Positions 1 to 7,958 of a stretch of 64,000 bases of DNA are shown one piece after another (position 1 is the first letter of the stretch; the number at the start of each line of letters is the position of its first letter). The notes under the pieces are model-generated. The model did no database searches. It was given only the letters and a program-made list of their open reading frames with translations, and was not told where the DNA came from. The DNA is taken from contig OZ255842.1 of NCBI GenBank assembly GCA_965277805.1, positions 3,520,001 to 3,584,000 of the forward strand, given 5' to 3'. The position numbers and the translations under genes were made by a program. This DNA comes from Candidatus Lustribacter sp. GTDB lineage: Bacteria; Vulcanimicrobiota; Vulcanimicrobiia; Vulcanimicrobiales; Vulcanimicrobiaceae.

Positions 1-2
1 CG

Positions 3-392
3 CGGGCTACAGCGATCGCGGCGGCTGCGGTGCTGGTGACGTCCGGTGCCGTATCGCGTCTGGCCCCGCATGACGAGATCGCCGGCCGCGGACAAGAGCA
101 GGGGCACAAGAAGGCACCACTGCGACCCGAGATCGCCGACCGCGGACAAGAGCAGCACCACAAGAACGCACCACTGCGACCCGAGATCGCCGACCGCGGA
201 CAAGAGCAGCACCACAAGAACGCACCACTGCGACCCGAGATCGCCGACCGCGGACAAGAGCAGCACCACAAGAACGCACCACTGCGACCCGAGATCGCCG
301 ACCGCGGACAAGAGCAGCACCACAAGAACGCACCACTGCGACCCGAGATCGCCGACCGCGGACAAGAGCAGCACCACAAGAACCGCGCCTAG
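3..392 (+). CDS. Repeat-rich small peptide, 5'-truncated by the window edge: hydrophobic signal-like stretch followed by about 6 copies of EIADRGQEQHHKNAPLRP; candidate precursor peptide
   Basis: Frame is open from position 3 (RATAIAAAAVLVTSGAVSRLAPHD) to TAG at 390-392; lies immediately upstream of a P4H/ATP-grasp gene. Confidence 0.6.
   Translation, partial: RATAIAAAAVLVTSGAVSRLAPHDEIAGRGQEQGHKKAPLRPEIADRGQEQHHKNAPLRPEIADRGQEQHHKNAPLRPEIADRGQEQHHKNAPLRPEIADRGQEQHHKNAPLRPEIADRGQEQHHKNRA
75..383 (+). repeat. Tandem repeat, 54-bp unit, about 5.7 copies (1 diverged, 4 identical, 1 truncated)
   Basis: Unit gagatcgccgaccgcggacaagagcagcaccacaagaacgcaccactgcgaccc read directly. Confidence 0.97.
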
Positions 393-405
393 CGCCGCCT
401 CTGCC

Positions 406-1869
406 CTGGACGTTCTCTCGGATAAGCCGCGCGTCTATCGTGCGGCGAAGTTTTGTTCGCCGCACGAATGTGCGCGGCTCATCGCCGTGGCGGCCAAGTA
501 TGTGCGCGAAGCCCCCGATCGGCGCGAGGATGAGACCGGCGAGTCGTGCGAGTTGCCGCTCGATGTCGATCCGCTCGTCGCAGAGATCTTCGCGCGTGTC
601 GAGCGCGTGCTCGGCATCGCGAATGCGTGCGGCGGCACGCTGCGCTACCGCCGCTACGAGCCGGGTACGTCGCACCCCGCTCACCTGGATGCGTACGAGA
701 TCAACGGCGCGCATCTCCTCGTTACGGCGATGCTGAACCTGACCGACACCGAGGACGGCGGCGAAACGGTCTTCCCCGACGCGGTCAAAGGCGCCCTTGC
801 GCTCCCCGCGCGCGCCGGCGAGCTCCTACTGTGGTTCACTCACCGTCCCGACGGTTCGCTTGACCCGACCTCGAAGCACGCCGCCCTCGCGGTGCGCCGC
901 GGAGAGAAGCTGACGCTGACGCAGTTTGTGTACGGGCCGCTCGCTGCAGCCGCGCTCGCCTACGATCCCCACCGCCAGCGCTTCGTCCTGCCGCCTTCCG
1001 CCTCCGGATGGTTCTGCTGCATTGACGACGGTTGTCCCGAAGCGTCAATTGAAACGCTGCGAGCCGCGTGCGCTGCGCGCGACGTCCCCTTCAAGGTCAT
1101 CGAAGCGTCGCAGTTCGATTGGGATCCCGCCCGGCGTCTCGCGCCCGGCGATATGCTCTTCCGCCCGGCCATCTCGATTGCCGCGGAGCGCGTGGAACGC
1201 TTCCTCCACGCCCCCGGCGTCTCCACATTCTACGACGATGGGCCCGACACGGTTTTCTTCACCCCGAACACGACGCCGCTCTTACTCGAGCGCGCTGGTC
1301 TGCCCGTCCCACGCACCGTGTACTGCTCGTCTGGCGACCGCGCACTGTTGCGCGCGTACGTCTCGCATCTCGGCGGCTTCCCAGTGGTCGTGAAATTCGA
1401 AGGCGGTTCGGGCGGCGTCGGCGTTCTGCGTGCTGACTCAGAGCCGGCGCTCTTCTCGCTGATCGACTTCGCGCTCGCGCTCGGCCGCCATCCGTTGCTC
1501 GCGGCGTACATACCGGACGCGGAACACTGGCGCGTCGTCGTCGTCGGCGACCGGCCGATCGCCGCATATCGCAACCCGCCAGACCCCGGCGACTTTCGGA
1601 CGTCAGGCACACAGCGTGCCGATGAGGTAACCGCAACGCCGCGTGAGCCGCTGGCGACGCTCGGGGTACGAGCCGTCCGCGCCGTGCGCAGCGCATTCGG
1701 CGGCGTCGACATTCTCCTGCACCCGAGCGGTCGCGCCTACGTGCTCGAGGTGAACGTTCCGTGTTACTTTCCGCACGCGCAGCTCGTTGGGGGCGTGGAC
1801 GTCGCTGGAGCGATGGTGGCGTACCTCGTCGAGCGCGCGAGCCAGTTGCGGATTATGTCACCACCGTAG
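406..1869 (+). CDS. 2OG-Fe(II) oxygenase (prolyl 4-hydroxylase-like) fused to RimK-like ATP-grasp ligase; start uncertain (CTG 406, or ATG 70/GTG 46 if the repeat is translated in this frame)
   Basis: P4H-like motifs VLSDKPRV..FCSPHEC, HLD, GGETVFP, HAALAVRRGEK; ATP-grasp motifs FPVVVKFEGGSGGVGV, FGGVDIL, YVLEVN. Confidence 0.85.
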   Translation: MDVLSDKPRVYRAAKFCSPHECARLIAVAAKYVREAPDRREDETGESCELPLDVDPLVAEIFARVERVLGIANACGGTLRYRRYEPGTSHPAHLDAYEINGAHLLVTAMLNLTDTEDGGETVFPDAVKGALALPARAGELLLWFTHRPDGSLDPTSKHAALAVRRGEKLTLTQFVYGPLAAAALAYDPHRQRFVLPPSASGWFCCIDDGCPEASIETLRAACAARDVPFKVIEASQFDWDPARRLAPGDMLFRPAISIAAERVERFLHAPGVSTFYDDGPDTVFFTPNTTPLLLERAGLPVPRTVYCSSGDRALLRAYVSHLGGFPVVVKFEGGSGGVGVLRADSEPALFSLIDFALALGRHPLLAAYIPDAEHWRVVVVGDRPIAAYRNPPDPGDFRTSGTQRADEVTATPREPLATLGVRAVRAVRSAFGGVDILLHPSGRAYVLEVNVPCYFPHAQLVGGVDVAGAMVAYLVERASQLRIMSPP

Positions 1870-1900
1870 TGATGTTATCGTATCAAATTGTGAGACGGTC

Positions 1901-2002
1901 TTACCATTCCACTTCGAGCGGCTTCGAATAAGCGTGATGCGCTTGAATCTTTTCGGAACCGCCGTGTTCGCACCAGGTCATAAAGAACTTTATATCGACC
2001 AT
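1901..2002 (-). pseudogene. Degenerate relic of the C-terminal domain of the adjacent HNH-like protein
   Basis: Hand translation MVDIKFFMTWCEHGGSEKIQAHHAYSKPLEVEW* aligns with CAVCGAEKVQAHHDDYTKPLEVTW of 2049..2582. Confidence 0.65.
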
Positions 2003-2048
2003 GCGATCTCAATCGCTATTCTCCGGGCCAATTTTCGTCAAGGCACCG

Positions 2049-2582
2049 TTACGAGGATGATTCGCAGCGAAACCTGTCTGCCAAAGGCAGTTCTTCGCTG
2101 GCTGTACGGTGGGCTAGGCCATGATGAATGGAGCATAACCATGTAACTTCGAGCGGTTTAGTATAGTCGTCGTGGTGCGCTTGGACCTTTTCGGCGCCAC
2201 AAACTGCACAAGGTGAACGCTGAATATGACCGCCCTTGAGCCCATACATGACCGCGAAATGCGCGGCAGCTTTTAGGGGATTACGCGCTCGCCAATCATC
2301 AATGCTCTTTCGCACGTGCTGAGCATTTCGCGAATACCAAGTTCGTCGATATGCCGCAACGTGATCCAAATTTTCTTGTCGCCATGCTTCAGTCTTCGCT
2401 CGTAAGCGATCGCTGTTCTTTGCATAGAATTCGTAGTAAGATTGTTTCGAGCAAACGATACAATGGCTCCGTCGACCGTCACTCGAAGACGGATTTGTAT
2501 AGAACTGCTCAGGCTGCTTAAGTTCGCCGCAACGATTGCACGTTTTGGCTGCACCCGGACTGAGTCGTCGCGGCGCTCCCAT
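2049..2582 (-). CDS. Phage-type zinc-finger/HNH-like endonuclease
   Basis: N-terminal CxxC...CxxC and C-terminal CAVCG..AHHDDYTKPLEVTWLCSIHH; AT-richer than flanks. Confidence 0.7.
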   Translation of the reverse strand: MGAPRRLSPGAAKTCNRCGELKQPEQFYTNPSSSDGRRSHCIVCSKQSYYEFYAKNSDRLRAKTEAWRQENLDHVAAYRRTWYSRNAQHVRKSIDDWRARNPLKAAAHFAVMYGLKGGHIQRSPCAVCGAEKVQAHHDDYTKPLEVTWLCSIHHGLAHRTASEELPLADRFRCESSS

Positions 2583-2590
2583 CTTTACCT

Positions 2591-2624
2591 AGCGTAAGCG
2601 ATGGCAGTGCCAACAGTATGGCAC
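2591..2624 (-). promoter_or_regulatory. Palindromic operator/promoter GTGCCA-N6-TGGCAC-N10-TACGCT, 8 nt before the HNH ATG
   Basis: Same architecture and spacing at 3202-3235 and 14650-14683. Confidence 0.7.
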
Positions 2625-2627
2625 ATA

Positions 2628-2657
2628 CAAAAGGCCTCGTATAAGCGAGGCCTTTTG
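2628..2657. terminator. Bidirectional-type intrinsic terminator downstream of ssb
   Basis: caaaaggcctcg-tataag-cgaggccttttg hairpin with A and T tails. Confidence 0.8.
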
Positions 2658-2698
2658 CTCTTAGTTGTTTATCAAGTTTGTACTTGACTGCTAGAACG

Positions 2699-3151
2699 CT
2701 AGAACGGAATCTCGTCTTCAAGTGCGGCGTCTTCGTCGAAGCCGGCGGACGCCGATGCACCGGTACGCGCGGGTGCGGCTGAGCGTTCGTACGGTTCGCT
2801 GACGTCGCCGTTCATGCTGCGGCCTCCGCCGCCGGCACGATCGAGCATCTGCATCGTGTTGCACACGACTTCCGTTGCTTTGCGCTTTTCGCCGTCTTTC
2901 GTTTCATAAGAACGAATCGACAGACGGCCCTCGACCAGGCACGACATGCCCTTCTTCAGATACGTGTTGCACGTTTCTGCGAGCTTGTCCCAAGCGACGA
3001 TGTCGATGAAATCCGTCTCTTCTTGCTGCTTCGAGCGGCGATTGACCGCGAGCGTGAATTTGGTGACAGCTGCGCCGGAGCCGACGTAGCGGATCTCCGG
3101 GTCGCGGGTCAGATTTCCGACCAAGATAATTTTGTTATAGGATCCAGCGAT
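2699..3151 (-). CDS. ssb: Single-stranded DNA-binding protein, apparent non-canonical ATC start
   Basis: (M)AGSYNKIILVGNLTRDPE...EDEIPF; GAGGT lies 8 nt before ATC; in-frame TAA three codons upstream. Confidence 0.95.
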   Translation of the reverse strand: MAGSYNKIILVGNLTRDPEIRYVGSGAAVTKFTLAVNRRSKQQEETDFIDIVAWDKLAETCNTYLKKGMSCLVEGRLSIRSYETKDGEKRKATEVVCNTMQMLDRAGGGGRSMNGDVSEPYERSAAPARTGASASAGFDEDAALEDEIPF

Positions 3152-3201
3152 GACACGTTACCTCACTTAGATGCGCTGCCTACCGGTCAGCGCGCAAACT
3201 C

Positions 3202-3235
3202 ACTATGCGGGACCACAGTGCCACCTGCCTGGCAC
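3202..3235 (-). promoter_or_regulatory. Palindromic operator/promoter GTGCCA-N6-TGGCAC-N10-CATAGT upstream of ssb
   Basis: Extended palindrome acagtgcca-N6-tggcactgt (3215-3238) in the rpsF-ssb spacer. Confidence 0.7.
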
Positions 3236-3256
3236 TGTTGTCCACTGATTTCTACA

Positions 3257-3553
3257 CTACTTTTCCAATTTAATGAACAGGGCGCGCATCACGTCTTCGT
3301 TGAGACGCATCTGGCGTTCGAGCTCTTTCGAAGCGACGGCTTCGCTCTTGAACTTCATCACGACGTAGTAGCCTTCGCGAACATCGTCGATCTCATAGGC
3401 CAGGCGGCGCTTGCCCAGCTTCTCGATCTCGCCGACAACTTCACCGCCCTGGCCCTTGATGGACTCGGCGATGGCCTCGACGCGGGCGTCCATGTCGGTC
3501 TCTTCGAGCGCGGGACGCAGAATATAGGTGACTTCGTAGTCGATTGCGGGCAC
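3257..3553 (-). CDS. rpsF: 30S ribosomal protein S6
   Basis: YEVTYILRP...LGKRRLAYEI...EGYYVVM; upstream of ssb. Confidence 0.97.
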   Translation of the reverse strand: MPAIDYEVTYILRPALEETDMDARVEAIAESIKGQGGEVVGEIEKLGKRRLAYEIDDVREGYYVVMKFKSEAVASKELERQMRLNEDVMRALFIKLEK

Positions 3554-3646
3554 GGGGGTTTCCCTCTGCGGACACCAGCGGAGCCGGTGGGTCGGACGGG
3601 CCGACCAGCGGGTAGCGGACGGGCAGTGCCCGGCCAGAACCCCGGA

Positions 3647-3655
3647 AGTATATCA
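3647..3655 (-). promoter_or_regulatory. Extended -10 promoter (TGATATACT) for rpsF
   Basis: TGnTATACT match about 95 nt upstream of the rpsF start. Confidence 0.55.
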
Positions 3656-3712
3656 CGCCGAGGCGACCAACGCCAAGGGCGGAGAGGTCCGTGCCGCCAA
3701 GCCGCCCCTTCG

Positions 3713-4519
3713 ATGAAGATCCTCGCCTCCGCCCTCGCCGCCACGATCGCCGCCGCCGCGCTCGTGATGACGGCCCCGCCGGCGCCGGCCCGCGCCAACG
3801 TCTTCTGCCCGGTCACGATCGCCGCCGTCACCGACCTCGCCATCCTCGGCCGCCAAGACACCTACGGCGTGTTGCTCGACTTCGACCCCGGAGATACTGC
3901 GAGCGTCCGCATGCGTGTCGACTCTGCGACCACGCACTACGCGGTCGACTTCAATGATATCGGCCCGATCGGGAACGCCGCTTCGAGCGGCCGGCGCTAT
4001 TTCGTGATGCCGCCGGGCGAACGGCTCGTAACCGCGTGGATCGAGAGCACCGGGCTCAGCCCTAATTCGCGCATGGAGTGCCCGATCACGCGGCCGTATG
4101 CCGCCGATGCACCCCGGCCGGTGAATCCGCGCACGATCGCCGCTCTCGACGCCGCGCGTCAGGCATTGCGCGACAACTTCTCCACGAGAACGCCGACCGT
4201 GCAGCCGACGAGTTTCGGTGCGGCAACCGTTGCATCGTGCAGTCAGCCCTACGCTCCGCCGCGCGCGATTTTGCCCGTGCAGCCGGACGACATTCCCGCC
4301 GCGCGCGCCGTCCACGCGACCGGGACGACGGTCGTGCGCGTCGATCTCGATGAGACGAGCACCGTCGTGGGTGCCGGGATCGTCCGTTCGAGCGGCTACG
4401 CGCCATTGGATCGCGCCGCGCTGGCTGCAGCGCAGAAGTCGTCGTACCGCACCGAATCGTTTGCGTGCCGCCCGGTGGCCAGCACGTATCAGTTCACGGT
4501 GACGTTCGGCGGGAGTTAA
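3713..4519 (+). CDS. Secreted protein with TonB C-terminal domain
   Basis: Signal peptide MKILASALAATIAAAAL..ARA; C-terminal GTTVVRVDLD..IVRSSGYAPLDRAALAAA. Confidence 0.75.
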   Translation: MKILASALAATIAAAALVMTAPPAPARANVFCPVTIAAVTDLAILGRQDTYGVLLDFDPGDTASVRMRVDSATTHYAVDFNDIGPIGNAASSGRRYFVMPPGERLVTAWIESTGLSPNSRMECPITRPYAADAPRPVNPRTIAALDAARQALRDNFSTRTPTVQPTSFGAATVASCSQPYAPPRAILPVQPDDIPAARAVHATGTTVVRVDLDETSTVVGAGIVRSSGYAPLDRAALAAAQKSSYRTESFACRPVASTYQFTVTFGGS

Positions 4520-5121
4520 TTGGCGCCAAAGTCAAAGCGGCAGCGTAAACGGGCCCCGAACGCGTCTCGCGTCGACGGCCCGCTAACAGAACGCGAGCGC
4601 GAAGAGCTGCGCGCATACTTGGCATCACGGCCTGCATCGGATGACTGCATGAGCATCACCATGCTTCACGGTTTTCTCTGCGCGATTCTCTCGGGCCCGA
4701 TGATAATGCCCAACGAGTGGCTACCCGAGATATGGGGTGAGGAAGGACCTCGCTTCGATAGCGAGGTCCAAATGGGGCGTATCGTCGGCCTACTGATGCG
4801 CTTCTACAATGGCGTTGCCGATGAACTGGCCCGCAACCCGTTGCGTTTCAAACCCTTGCTCGATGTCTCGCTACCGAACGACGCTGAGGCCTGGTGCGCC
4901 GGCTACGTCCATGGCATGGCGGCTCGGGAAGATGCGTGGAGCCCCTCATGAAGGACCCCGGGACGGTCATGTTTTTTTCCCCGATCGTGTCGCTCGGTAT
5001 GCGCGGAGCAAACCCGGAGAACGACGAGATGCTGGCAGACACCGAGGCCTACGAGACCAGCGTCTCTTCGATAGGCAAGTGCGCCGGCGTCATTTACATG
5101 CTTTGGCGCGACCGAACGTGA
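4520..5121 (+). pseudogene. YecA/UPF0149-family protein split by a frameshift near 4938
   Basis: MSITMLHGFLCAI..PNEWLPEIWG and AEAWCAGYVHG; continues in another frame as EPLMKDP...W after ...gcgtggagcccctc. Confidence 0.6.
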
Positions 5122-5138
5122 GTTCAATTGCCATGATC

Positions 5139-5169
5139 GTGGCGGTCCCTCGACAAGCTCGGGATGACA
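5139..5169. repeat. REP-like interspersed element, identical to 54597..54627
   Basis: gtggcggtccctcgacaagctcgggatgaca, 31 of 31 positions identical. Confidence 0.85.
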
Positions 5170-5173
5170 GCGG

Positions 5174-7339
5174 TTAGTTGGCGCTGACTCGGGCTTCGCG
5201 TTTGGTGACGCGGTAGACGGCACGTACTTCTTTGAGGTGTTCGAGCTTGTAGAGCAGTTTCTGCAAGTGCTCGATGTTCGTGATTTGCGCGGTTATCGAG
5301 ATGTTCGCCGCCTCTTTTTTCACGCGCGCGTTGACCGAGGAAACCGGGGTCTTCAACTCGGCGCAGACGCCCATCACGTCTTGCAGTAGGCCGGAGCGGT
5401 CATTGGCTTCGATCTCGATGTCGACCGCGTGCTGGATGTGGGTGACGTCGGCCCACGTTGCTTCGAGGATACGTTCGGGTGCGGCGTTCATGTACGCCAC
5501 GTTCGGACAGTCCGCGCGATGGACCGAAACGCCGCGGCCGATCGTGACGAAGCCCATGATCGGGTCGCCCGGGACGGGCGAACAACACTTCGAGAGCCGC
5601 ACGAGCACGTCGTCGACGCCGGCGATGCGGATGCCCGATGCGTTGCGCGCTACACGACGCGTCGAGGTCGGGCGCGGCAGCGTCTGGATGTCGACGACGT
5701 TGTCGGTCTTGAGTTCTTCGCGCAGGCGTTTGGCAACCGAGGCCGCGTTGGCGTCGCCAAAGCCGATCGCCGCGTAGAGGTCGTTGGCCGTGGCGTAGTT
5801 CAGCTTGCCGGCAATTTTCTCGATCACGTCGCCGCGCGCGGAGTCGATGCGCAAGCCGAGATGGACGAGCTCGCTCTCGAGCATCTCTTGCCCGAGCACC
5901 GCGTTCTCTTCTTTCTTCTCTTTACGGAACCACTGTTTGATCTTGTGCTTCGCGCCGGACGTCTTGACGATCGAGAGCCAATCCAGCGACGGGCGCGCGC
6001 TCGACTTGTTGACGAGCACCTCGACGATGTCGCCGTTCTTCAATCCGAAGTCGAGCGGCACGATCTTGCCGTTGACCTTCGCGCCCACGCAATGATTCCC
6101 GACGCCGGAGTGCACTTGGTAGGCGAAGTCGAGCGGCGTCGCGCTTGCAGGCAGCGAGAACACATCGCCCTTGGGCGAGAAGATGAACACCTGCGACTCG
6201 AACAAGTCGAGCTTGAGGTTCTCCATGAACATCCGCGAGTCGCGCATGTCGTTCTGCCACTCGAGCAGCGAACGCAGCCAGGTGAGCTTCTGCTCGAAGG
6301 TGTCGCCCTTGGCGCCTTCTTTGTATCGCCAGTGTGCGGCGATGCCGTACTCGCTCGTGCGGTGCATCTCGAGCGTGCGGATTTGCACTTCGAGCGGATC
6401 GCCGCCCGGCCCGACGACCGTCGTGTGCAAAGACTGGTACATGTTGGGCTTGGGCATCGCGATGTAATCTTTGAAGCGCCCCGGCAGCGGCTTCCAGATC
6501 GAGTGCACGACGCCCAACGCGCCGTAACAATCCTTGACCGAATCGACGATGATGCGGACGGCCGTCAAATCGTAGATGGTCGAGAAGTCGCGGCCCTTCT
6601 GCATCTTCTTGTGAATCGAGTAGAAGTGCTTGGGACGGCCGTTGACTTCCGCATGCAGACCGATCGCTTCGAACTGGCCCTTGAGCTCGTCGAGCACGCG
6701 TTGCACGGCGGCTTCGCGTTCGCCGCGTTTCTTCGCGACGCGTTCGGCGATATCGTGATACGCCGCCGGATCGAGGTAGCGCAGCGAGAGATCTTCGAGA
6801 TCCCACTTCATGCGCCAAATGCCCAAGCGATGCGCGATCGGGGCGTAGATCTCGATCGTCTCTTGGGCGATCGTCTGCTGCTTCGCCGGCGGGAGCGATC
6901 CCAGCGTGCGCATGTTGTGCAGCCGGTCGGCGAGCTTGATGATGATGACGCGGATGTCCTTAGCCATCGCCAGGAACATCTTGCGCAAGTTCTCGACCTG
7001 CGCGTCTTCCTTCGTCTGATACGGAATGCGCGTCAGCTTGGTGACGCCGTCGACGAGCGAGGCGATCTCCTCACCGAAGCGTTCGCCGACTTCTTCGCTC
7101 GTGATGACCGTGTCTTCGACGACGTCGTGCAGCAGCGCGGCGGCGATCGTCTGGCGGTCCATTTCGAGATCGGCCAGGATCGCGGCAACGGCCAGCGGGT
7201 GCTCGATGTACGATTCGCCCGAGGCCCGGCGCTGCTCGCGGTGCGCGCCCTCGGCAACAGCATATACGCTCTCGAGCCACGCGGGGTCGAGGGAGGGGTC
7301 ATAACGGCGAACATTAGCAACGAGATCCGCGATCGTCAT
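5174..7339 (-). CDS. relA: Bifunctional (p)ppGpp synthetase/hydrolase (Rel/RSH)
   Basis: HD motif LLHDVVED, IKLADRLHNMRTL, KPNMYQSLHTTV, TGS and ACT domains. Confidence 0.97.
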   Translation of the reverse strand: MTIADLVANVRRYDPSLDPAWLESVYAVAEGAHREQRRASGESYIEHPLAVAAILADLEMDRQTIAAALLHDVVEDTVITSEEVGERFGEEIASLVDGVTKLTRIPYQTKEDAQVENLRKMFLAMAKDIRVIIIKLADRLHNMRTLGSLPPAKQQTIAQETIEIYAPIAHRLGIWRMKWDLEDLSLRYLDPAAYHDIAERVAKKRGEREAAVQRVLDELKGQFEAIGLHAEVNGRPKHFYSIHKKMQKGRDFSTIYDLTAVRIIVDSVKDCYGALGVVHSIWKPLPGRFKDYIAMPKPNMYQSLHTTVVGPGGDPLEVQIRTLEMHRTSEYGIAAHWRYKEGAKGDTFEQKLTWLRSLLEWQNDMRDSRMFMENLKLDLFESQVFIFSPKGDVFSLPASATPLDFAYQVHSGVGNHCVGAKVNGKIVPLDFGLKNGDIVEVLVNKSSARPSLDWLSIVKTSGAKHKIKQWFRKEKKEENAVLGQEMLESELVHLGLRIDSARGDVIEKIAGKLNYATANDLYAAIGFGDANAASVAKRLREELKTDNVVDIQTLPRPTSTRRVARNASGIRIAGVDDVLVRLSKCCSPVPGDPIMGFVTIGRGVSVHRADCPNVAYMNAAPERILEATWADVTHIQHAVDIEIEANDRSGLLQDVMGVCAELKTPVSSVNARVKKEAANISITAQITNIEHLQKLLYKLEHLKEVRAVYRVTKREARVSAN

Positions 7340-7382
7340 AGGATCTAAGCCTTACAACCCGCCGCATGCCGCATAAGGTGCG

Positions 7383-7895
7383 TCAGTACGTGATGAACGA
7401 CGTGATATCCACGCCGGGCAGGGCCTTGCGGCCGTTGAGGTCAGCCAGCTCGATCAGCACGGCCACGCCGGCGATCTTGGCCTCGAGGCGCGCCAGCAGC
7501 CGCAGGGTGGCGGCCATGGTGCCACCGGTGGCAAGCAGGTCGTCGATCACAAGCACGCGCTTGCCCTTGGTCACGGCGTCGGCGTGGATCTCGATCGTGT
7601 TGGTGCCGTACTCGAGCTCGTATTCTTCGGTGAACTTCTCGCCGGGCAGTTTGCCGGGCTTGCGCACCGGCACGAAACCGGCATTCAGAGCATACGCGAC
7701 CGGCGCGCCGAGCATGTAGCCGCGAGCCTCGATGCCGACCACATATTCAATGCCTGCACCGCGGTATTTGTCGACAAACAGGTCGACCATCGCCTTGAAG
7801 CCGGCGGCGTCGCCGAGTAACGGTGTGATATCGCGGAAAAGAATCCCGGGAATGGGAAAATCCGGTATCGCGCGGATCAAAGCTTCGAGCTGCAC
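7383..7895 (-). CDS. apt: Adenine phosphoribosyltransferase
   Basis: IPDFPIPGILFRDITPLL, GIEARGY, VIDDLLATGGT; GTG at 7895. Confidence 0.96.
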   Translation of the reverse strand: MQLEALIRAIPDFPIPGILFRDITPLLGDAAGFKAMVDLFVDKYRGAGIEYVVGIEARGYMLGAPVAYALNAGFVPVRKPGKLPGEKFTEEYELEYGTNTIEIHADAVTKGKRVLVIDDLLATGGTMAATLRLLARLEAKIAGVAVLIELADLNGRKALPGVDITSFITY

Positions 7896-7958
7896 GCCCC
7901 GGCGTTCGCCCCATTCGAACGGGAACCCCGCGGCACGCTCGAATCGTTGTGCCTGCGC

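Noticed and set aside
75-383. CRISPR array
   Set aside because: Units are contiguous 54-bp repeats with no unique spacers, the length is a multiple of 3, and no cas genes are present.
7-714. Minus-strand 235-aa repeat ORF
   Set aside because: Antisense shadow of the repeat and oxygenase gene; Arg-rich with no recognisable domain.
1870-2698. Group I intron carrying the HNH gene
   Set aside because: No interrupted host gene and no recognisable intron core; the flanking genes are complete.
3554-3646. S6:S18 ribosomal leader RNA
   Set aside because: The position fits and short repeats/hairpins exist, but I could not match the consensus by eye; needs an Infernal scan.
3023-3712. N-terminal extension of the 498-aa ORF
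   Set aside because: Antisense to ssb and rpsF; the real gene starts at ATG 3713 with a signal peptide.
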